From Candidatus Kapaibacterium sp. (GTDB taxonomy: Bacteria; Bacteroidota; Ignavibacteria; Kapaibacteriales; UBA2268), in contig DAIPLL010000001.1 of the NCBI GenBank assembly GCA_036769265.1, positions 476 to 32,596 of the forward strand: DNA of 32,121 nucleotides. Direction: 5' to 3'. This document shows, piece by piece, positions 16,679 to 22,850 of this stretch. Every line of letters starts with the position of its first letter. Within the stretch, counting starts at the first letter, position 1. The notes under the pieces were generated by a model. That model had not been told where the DNA came from, did no database searches, and saw only the letters and a list, made by a program, of their open reading frames with translations. A program made the translations under genes and the position numbers.

Positions 16679-17920
16679 ATGGCTATATTCCGTCCTTTTA
16701 AAGCATATAGACCGAAACCAGAACTTGCCGCAGAAGTTGCAGCAAAACCATATGATGTCCTAAGCTCCGAAGAAGCTCGCCTGGAAGCAAAAGGTCATCC
16801 ACTTTCATTTCTTCACGTAGGTAAACCAGAAATTGATTTAGATCCCTCTATTGATCTTTATGATCCACGAGTTTACGAAAAAGCAAAAGAGAACTTGCAA
16901 AAGCTTATCCGCGATGAAGTGCTTTTAGAAGACCCAGAACCATACTATTATATTTATGCTCAAACAATGTTTGATAGAACTCAATATGGCTTAGTTGGTT
17001 GCGCCTCTGTGGATGATTATTGGAATAATGTAATTTTAAAACACGAAAAAACACGCAAAGATAAAGAAGAAGACCGTTGCCAACACGTCCGTGTAACGAA
17101 CGCCCATACTGGACCTATTTTCCTGACATACAAAGACAATGCTGAAATTGATGCAATTGTTAATCGTTATATAGAAAATAAGCCAAATACAGACATAATC
17201 ACTACTGACGGCATTCGTCATCAAGTATGGCTGATAACAGATAAGAACGATATTTCCAAAATACGTGAAATTCTGGCAGGTGTGGATAAATTTTATGTAG
17301 CTGATGGTCACCATCGTTCAGCAGCAGCAGCAATAGTAGGGCGCGAACGTCAGCAGGCAAACCCAAATCACACAGGTGAAGAAGAATATAACTTTTTCCT
17401 TGCAGTTCTTTTCCCAGCAAGCCAACTTTATATAATGGATTATAATCGTTTGGTAAAGGATTTGAATGGGCTTTCTAAAGAAGAATTCTTAGCTCGCCTT
17501 GGTGATTTATTCGAGCTCAATAAACAAGAAGGTCAATTTGCACCAAAGAAAAAAGGACAAATCGGTATGTATTTAGATGGGCAATGGTATAGCTTAGATG
17601 CAAAAGAAAAACTTTTCCACATAGAAGATCCCGTAGAAAATTTAGACGTATCAATATTACAAAAATTCGTATTAGATCCAATCTTAGGAATAGATGATCC
17701 CCGAACAAGCAAACGTATTGATTTTGTTGGCGGTATTCGTGGTTTGGGCGAGCTTGAGCAGCGTGTAAGTTCGGGCGAGATGGCTATTGCTTTCTCTATG
17801 TATCCAACTTCTATTGATGAACTTATGGCTATAGCTGACGCAGGCAAAATTATGCCACCAAAATCAACTTGGTTTGAACCTAAATTGCGTGATGGTTTAT
17901 TCGTGCATTTCTTAGATTAA
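16679..17920 (+). CDS. DUF1015 family protein
   Basis: 413 aa. The N-terminus is FRPFKAYRP...KPYDVLS, and the hallmark ADGHHR lies at 17300..17317. The start is 16 nt after serA, so the two are probably co-transcribed. Confidence 0.85.
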   Translation: MAIFRPFKAYRPKPELAAEVAAKPYDVLSSEEARLEAKGHPLSFLHVGKPEIDLDPSIDLYDPRVYEKAKENLQKLIRDEVLLEDPEPYYYIYAQTMFDRTQYGLVGCASVDDYWNNVILKHEKTRKDKEEDRCQHVRVTNAHTGPIFLTYKDNAEIDAIVNRYIENKPNTDIITTDGIRHQVWLITDKNDISKIREILAGVDKFYVADGHHRSAAAAIVGRERQQANPNHTGEEEYNFFLAVLFPASQLYIMDYNRLVKDLNGLSKEEFLARLGDLFELNKQEGQFAPKKKGQIGMYLDGQWYSLDAKEKLFHIEDPVENLDVSILQKFVLDPILGIDDPRTSKRIDFVGGIRGLGELEQRVSSGEMAIAFSMYPTSIDELMAIADAGKIMPPKSTWFEPKLRDGLFVHFLD

Positions 17921-17946
17921 TAGTTTTATAAACAATTAAATAACAG

Positions 17947-17981
17947 GATGTCCAACATTTTCAAAGTGTTGGACATCTTTC
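17947..17981 (+). terminator. Rho-independent terminator after the DUF1015 gene
   Basis: Perfect 11-bp stem GATGTCCAACA / TGTTGGACATC with a 9-nt loop, followed by TTTC. It lies 27 nt after the stop codon. Confidence 0.7.
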
Positions 17982-18055
17982 ATTAGAAAGACCCATTTTC
18001 ATTATTAAGAAATCGTTAATTAAGTTAATTCTTTTTTTAAGTTAGATTTTTTTTA

Positions 18056-18063
18056 TAACTTTG
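18056..18063 (+). promoter_or_regulatory. Candidate -7 box (TAACTTTG) for the alpha-oxoamine synthase gene
   Basis: TAnnTTTG match ending 33 nt upstream of the ATG at 18097. Motif match only. Confidence 0.3.
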
Positions 18064-18096
18064 CAATTCAATTTGAAAAATTAGTAATATAAAGGG

Positions 18097-19296
18097 ATGA
18101 AAGTGGATATTTTTGAAAAATGTTTTGCATTTACGCGAGCCGATGAAGTCAAAGCCCAAGGCTTATATCCTTATTTTCACGCAATTGAAGAAAACGAGGG
18201 ACCAGTTGTCTCGATATACGGACGTAAAATGATTATGGCTGGTTCTAACAATTACTTAGGGCTAACCGCTCATCCAAGAGTTAAAGAAGCAGCACATAGA
18301 GCAATAGAAAAATACGGAACAGGTTGTTCAGGTTCACGCTACCTTACAGGAACACTCGACCTTCACAATGAGCTTGAATCACGTCTTGCGAAATTTTTAA
18401 ACACCGAAGCAGTTTTGCTATTTAGCACTGGTTTCCAGACAGCACTCGGTGTAATTTCAACGCTTGCACAAAAAGGTGATGTTGTTATTTCGGATAAAGA
18501 AAACCACGCTTGCATTGTAAGCGGTGCAATGATGGCAAAAGGCGCCTTTGCCGAATTCAAACGCTATAAGCATAATGATATGGAAGACCTTGAAAAAGTG
18601 CTTCTGTCTATACCTGAAAACCAAGGCAAATTCATTGTAACAGATGGAGTTTTCTCTGTTACAGGAGAAATTGTAAATTTGCCAGATTTAATTGCAGTTG
18701 CGGAAAAATATGGTGCTCGTGTACTTGTTGATGACGCTCACGCAACTGGTGTAATTGGCAAGGGTGGGCGTGGCACACACAGCTACTATAACCAGGATAT
18801 AAAGCAAAATTTAGTGATGGGAACTTTTTCCAAAACATTTGCTTCGCTCGGAGGATTTGTTGGTGGCCCTGAGAGAGTTATAAATTACCTAAAACATAAT
18901 TCACCGGCGATAATTTTCAGTGCCAGCCCAACTCCCGCTTCTTGCGCAGCATCACTTGCAGCTCTCGATATACTCGAAGAACAACCAGATCTTGTTGATA
19001 AGCTTATTTGGAACGCAAACTATATGCGTGATGGATTTAAATCGCTTGGGTTCCGAATTGTTGAAAGCAAGACAGCTATTGTTCCTGTAATTGTTGGAGA
19101 AGTTGATATAGCATTTGTTTTCTGGAGAAAATTATTCGATAAAGGCGTGTTTGTAAATGCATTTATTCCACCGGGTGTACCACCTAATATGAGTATGATG
19201 AGAACATCATATATGGCATCTCACGAAAAAGAACATTTGGATAAAATTTTAGAGATTTTTGCTGAGGTCGGGAAAGAATTGAACTTGATAAAGTAA
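18097..19296 (+). CDS. PLP-dependent alpha-oxoamine synthase (SPT-like; the KBL/BioF family cannot be excluded)
   Basis: 399 aa with SNNYLGL, GSGCSGSR-like [16 protein letters not shown], and the PLP-lysine context [14 protein letters not shown]. Confidence 0.85.
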   Translation: MKVDIFEKCFAFTRADEVKAQGLYPYFHAIEENEGPVVSIYGRKMIMAGSNNYLGLTAHPRVKEAAHRAIEKYGTGCSGSRYLTGTLDLHNELESRLAKFLNTEAVLLFSTGFQTALGVISTLAQKGDVVISDKENHACIVSGAMMAKGAFAEFKRYKHNDMEDLEKVLLSIPENQGKFIVTDGVFSVTGEIVNLPDLIAVAEKYGARVLVDDAHATGVIGKGGRGTHSYYNQDIKQNLVMGTFSKTFASLGGFVGGPERVINYLKHNSPAIIFSASPTPASCAASLAALDILEEQPDLVDKLIWNANYMRDGFKSLGFRIVESKTAIVPVIVGEVDIAFVFWRKLFDKGVFVNAFIPPGVPPNMSMMRTSYMASHEKEHLDKILEIFAEVGKELNLIK

Positions 19297-19387
19297 TGAT
19301 TAGAAAATAATTTTGGTGGAATATTTATTTTATGCTTTTTTAAAATAGCATATTAATAAATTTATTGATTTTCACCAAATTTTTTTG

Positions 19388-19395
19388 TAATTTTG
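19388..19395 (+). promoter_or_regulatory. Candidate -7 box (TAATTTTG) upstream of the hypothetical gene and rpsU
   Basis: TAnnTTTG match ending 36 nt upstream of the ATG at 19432. Motif match only. Confidence 0.3.
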
Positions 19396-19431
19396 TATAT
19401 AATTTTTGTTCTTTTTCAAAAAGAGTTTACT

Positions 19432-19833
19432 ATGGCCATAAAAAGAAGGTCTCGTAGAGCAAAGTACATTACTTTATACTCACCTTTTTTAATGAAAGAA
19501 ACTAAACACGAACTTATCGGTGAACCAATTGAAACGGAGAGCGGACGTCATCAATGGGCTCGATGCACAAGAAGCCGCCATTCACAGCTTGTAAATCTTG
19601 ATGCTATCGAGCAAGAGCAGGACAAATCTAAAGCAATTATTCATATTACTCGCGAAGATGCAAAAAAATATAACCCACGCGACGAATATAAAATTGGCGA
19701 TGTTATTTACCACGCAGTATGGGATGATGTTGGTATTGTTCGCGACAAAGAAGTTACCAGCAATGGTGGATTTTCCATTGTTGTTCAATTCGAAAAAAAC
19801 AACGAAAAACGTTTAATTGAAAAATTATCATAA
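19432..19833 (+). CDS. Hypothetical protein with a basic N-terminus and a small beta-rich C-terminal domain
   Basis: I prefer the ATG at 19432 (MAIKRRSRRAKY) to the TTG-type start at 19393. The C-terminal pattern GDVIYHAVWDDVGIV...IVVQFEKNNEKRL resembles, from memory, DUF3553/Tudor-like tails. Confidence 0.6.
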   Translation: MAIKRRSRRAKYITLYSPFLMKETKHELIGEPIETESGRHQWARCTRSRHSQLVNLDAIEQEQDKSKAIIHITREDAKKYNPRDEYKIGDVIYHAVWDDVGIVRDKEVTSNGGFSIVVQFEKNNEKRLIEKLS

Positions 19834-19882
19834 ATTATGTTAAACTTAAATTATCTGCACGAAAGGTAGGTGAAATTAAGCA

Positions 19883-20080
19883 GTGATAGGCGTAACACTT
19901 CAAACAAATGAAAATATCGACCGTGCTTTGAAGCGTTTCAAGAAAAAATACGAACGCTCAGGAATATTACGTGAGTATAAAAAACGTACAGCTTATACTA
20001 AGCCTTCGGTCGAAAAAAGAATGTCGCGCATCAAAGCCGCACGCCGTCAGAAAAAACTGATGATGGAAATTAATGATTAG
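19883..20080 (+). CDS. rpsU: 30S ribosomal protein S21
   Basis: 65 aa with a GTG start preceded by AAGGTAGGTG. The sequence NIDRALKRFKKKYERSGILREYKKRTAYTKPSVEKR matches the S21 pattern. Confidence 0.92.
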   Translation: MIGVTLQTNENIDRALKRFKKKYERSGILREYKKRTAYTKPSVEKRMSRIKAARRQKKLMMEIND

Positions 20081-20137
20081 TTTTGGTATAGTTGAAACGT
20101 CCTAAAATAAGCTGACAGATTTAATAAAACAAATATT

Positions 20138-20169
20138 CCCCAATTGCCCCGAGTAGTTGGGGATTTTTA
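20138..20169 (+). terminator. Rho-independent terminator after rpsU
   Basis: Stem CCCCAA / TTGGGG (20138..20143 and 20157..20162) with a 13-nt loop, followed by ATTTTT. Confidence 0.6.
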
Positions 20170-20198
20170 TGTACTTCATTTGGCGTTGCAAAATTTAA

Positions 20199-20732
20199 TT
20201 ACGAATGTGGTCTATAGCAATAATATAACTCAACTGCTTCTCTGACAACATTTTCAATTTGTGATTTTGTTTTTAATGTTTTATACAAATTAAATTCCTC
20301 TTTTAATGTTCTGTTCATTCTTTTTGCTAATGCATTATCATATGGGCTCGATGTCTCTGTCATACTCAATGTTATATTAGCCTTTTTTGCTGTTTCTACA
20401 TATTCTTTGCTACAATATTGCAATCCCCTATCCGAATGATGGATTAATGATCTATTGGTATAATTACGTCCTTTAATTGCCATTTCTAATGCTTTTATAG
20501 TGTTTTCAGCCATAAGATTATCACTTATATTGTATCCGACGATTTTCCTTGAATATGCATCTGTTATCAAGGTAAAATAGCAATTCCCTTCGTCCGACCG
20601 CAAGTAGGTTAAGTAGCTCTTTTCTAGTTCCTCTACTACCTGCAATTTAAAGGCCAAACTGTAATCTTTTTGAGACTTCTTTACTCGTTTGTCTGATTGC
20701 TCTATTTCTTGTTTCTCCTGCTTTTGTGTCAA
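20199..20732 (-). mobile_element. IS3-family transposase relic (internally deleted orfA-orfB fusion with a truncated 3' end)
   Basis: An OrfA-type start (KDYSLAFKLQVVEELE) is joined directly to the OrfB catalytic core (YLTYL..CYFTLITDAYSRKIVGY, HHSDRGLQY, NALAKRMNRTLKEE). It ends at YRPHS*, short of the usual C-terminus. Lys replaces the expected catalytic Glu (ALAKRM versus A.AE.). I could not recognise terminal inverted repeats. Confidence 0.75.
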
Positions 20733-20770
20733 CTTTTTCTAAGACGGGGCAATCTTATAAAAATTCTAAA

Positions 20771-22840
20771 CTAAATCTTTACAAACATTGCTGTTTGCTG
20801 TCCAATACGCAACAGATACACGCCTGCGGGCAAATGTGAAATATCAATGCGTTGTAGGGGTTCATTGCAATTCGACCCTACGGTTATCACACATTCGCCG
20901 TAGGTGTTGTAGATTTTGACTGGATTCTTCGCTTCGCTCAGAATGATGTTATCAAGATGTATTTCAATATAACCCGAAGCTGGGTTGGGGGAGATAATAA
21001 TTTTTTCCGTACTTAAATTCTCATTTATATTTTGAATTATATTGAAACTTGGAGAAAATTCTGAAGAATTACCATAAAAACCTAATGGAGAAATGTCTGA
21101 TTTGTAGTATTGTACAGTTAATGCAATAATTGAATCTCCCTTTTTAGCTAAAACAGAATCACTCCAAAATCCATTTTCATTTGGGAAAGTGGTTGAAATA
21201 TATTTTTTCCCTTGCCCAATTCCCTTTTCATTATAATCTGCTAAGTAAATCTCTATTGCAGAATTCTTAATATCCTTTGTATCTAAATAACCATTAATTA
21301 TATACTTACCAGAAATATCATCGAAGTAGCTTTTAATAATGTATGGATAGTTTAGATTATCGTTTGGACCAAAATCACTATCGCCAGCGTCGTTAAAAGT
21401 TATTCCATCAGGTGATAGATCTATTCCTAGATTTCCATTTTGAAAAATACTATTGCATGAAATTAGATTATAATCTGATTTTTCGGATTCAACTGAGACA
21501 CCGTTTCTACCATTAAAAGCAATAATATTGGCTGTTTGAGGAGAACCACCAATGAAATTGTAAGCCGGACCTTGAGTGATACGGATTCCATCAAAACCAT
21601 TACCAAGCGGTTTAGCGCCACTAACATCAGTTCCAATTTTGTTTTTTATAATAATATTAAAATTAGTGTTTGTTGCAAAAATAGTAATACCATTTGCTGA
21701 ATTACCTGAAATAAGATTACTATCAATCAAATTGCTATAAGTTGCACCATCAATATGGACACCAGTTTCATTTGGGATTGCAAAAATACCGGTTGCATCT
21801 GTTCCTATGAAGTTTCCAATCAAATAATTATTGTTAGTACCGTTATTATAGAAATAAGCACCAAATGCTGTGTTTCCCGAAATCAAGTTCCCTTCACCAG
21901 GGTTTCGACCACCTACTTGATTAAATGATGACCTATCGTCAAATAATATTCCATAAGTATTGGGAATGGCATAATTACCACTTTCGTCTGTTCCAATGTA
22001 ATTCCCTTGAATTAAGTTATATTTTGCTCCAGCGCCAAACACATCAATGCCGTAAGCGATATTTCCTGATGTTATGTTTCTTTCCTCTTTTAATCGCCCA
22101 CCTATCCTATTACCACGAGAGGTACCTTCTATTGTTATGCCGTCATAATTATATACAGAGAATTTACCAGTTCTATCCACTCCTACATAGTTCCCTATAA
22201 TTATGTTACTATCAGCATCGCTAATTCTTATCCCCGCATATTCATTGCCCGAAATCAAGTTTCTTTCTATTAATGTTTTTCCTCCTATCGTATTATTGTT
22301 AGCACCGCTTAAAAGTTCAACTCCAACGTAATTTCTTTTTCTCTCAATTCCTTTGGCGTCAGTGCCAATATAGTTACCTGTAATTATAATATTTTTACTA
22401 CCACGACCAAAAACCTGTATCCCATACAAAAATTCCGAGATTATAAAACCACGAATTGTAATGTTAGATGCATTCATTATAGAGAAGCCCACTTCCACTG
22501 AGTTATTATTCCCACTGATATATATTTCGGGTCCATCAATATTTTTATCTCCTTGATTATTTGTCTGAGAAAATCCATCAATCAACAAGCTATCAGTACT
22601 TATTGGAGTAAGCATTTCATTTAATACTATTATCCAGACTCCATTTTTTTGATTAAAGCCTTTGTCTGAAACAGGGATGTTGAAGTCAATTGTGTCCAAT
22701 CCAGGATTTAATAAACAGCTATCAATCGCACTCCTTAAAGAACCGGCACCATTGCTTTTTGTGTTGATAACAGTGAATTTAGAAGCATTTATATTTACTT
22801 TTGCAAAAATAATTATTACTAATAATAATATTTTTTTCAT
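20771..22840 (-). CDS. Secreted CSLREA-type right-handed parallel beta-helix repeat protein with a T9SS C-terminal sorting domain
   Basis: The signal peptide is MKKILLLVIIIFAKVNINA; I chose the ATG at 22840 over the upstream in-frame start at 22861. The N-terminal motif is GSLRSAID...DTIDF. Repeats of NxISGNxxxGIxI / GNYIGTDxxG occur about 12 times, followed by GIDL..DGITFNDAGDSD. The CTD is ISPNPASGYIEIHL...LPAGVYLLRIG. Confidence 0.85.
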   Translation of the reverse strand: MKKILLLVIIIFAKVNINASKFTVINTKSNGAGSLRSAIDSCLLNPGLDTIDFNIPVSDKGFNQKNGVWIIVLNEMLTPISTDSLLIDGFSQTNNQGDKNIDGPEIYISGNNNSVEVGFSIMNASNITIRGFIISEFLYGIQVFGRGSKNIIITGNYIGTDAKGIERKRNYVGVELLSGANNNTIGGKTLIERNLISGNEYAGIRISDADSNIIIGNYVGVDRTGKFSVYNYDGITIEGTSRGNRIGGRLKEERNITSGNIAYGIDVFGAGAKYNLIQGNYIGTDESGNYAIPNTYGILFDDRSSFNQVGGRNPGEGNLISGNTAFGAYFYNNGTNNNYLIGNFIGTDATGIFAIPNETGVHIDGATYSNLIDSNLISGNSANGITIFATNTNFNIIIKNKIGTDVSGAKPLGNGFDGIRITQGPAYNFIGGSPQTANIIAFNGRNGVSVESEKSDYNLISCNSIFQNGNLGIDLSPDGITFNDAGDSDFGPNDNLNYPYIIKSYFDDISGKYIINGYLDTKDIKNSAIEIYLADYNEKGIGQGKKYISTTFPNENGFWSDSVLAKKGDSIIALTVQYYKSDISPLGFYGNSSEFSPSFNIIQNINENLSTEKIIISPNPASGYIEIHLDNIILSEAKNPVKIYNTYGECVITVGSNCNEPLQRIDISHLPAGVYLLRIGQQTAMFVKI
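20844..21000 (-). repeat. CTD-coding cassette, copy A (3' end of the 696-aa beta-helix gene)
   Basis: It aligns by hand, without gaps, to 28654..28810 (offset 7810). I count 11 mismatches in 142 nt outside a 15-nt divergent core at 20861..20875. Confidence 0.85.
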
Positions 22841-22850
22841 TTTATTTCCC

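Noticed and set aside
18097-19296. Firm annotation as BioF (8-amino-7-oxononanoate synthase) or KBL
   Set aside because: There is no bio or tdh context in the window, and the PLP-lysine motif looks SPT-like. I cannot run a phylogeny, so the call is left at family level.
20199-20732. A complete, active IS3 element
   Set aside because: There is only one short ORF and no separate orfA or frameshift window. The C-terminus is truncated, the presumed catalytic Glu is replaced by Lys, and I could not identify terminal inverted repeats in the 30- to 40-nt flanks.
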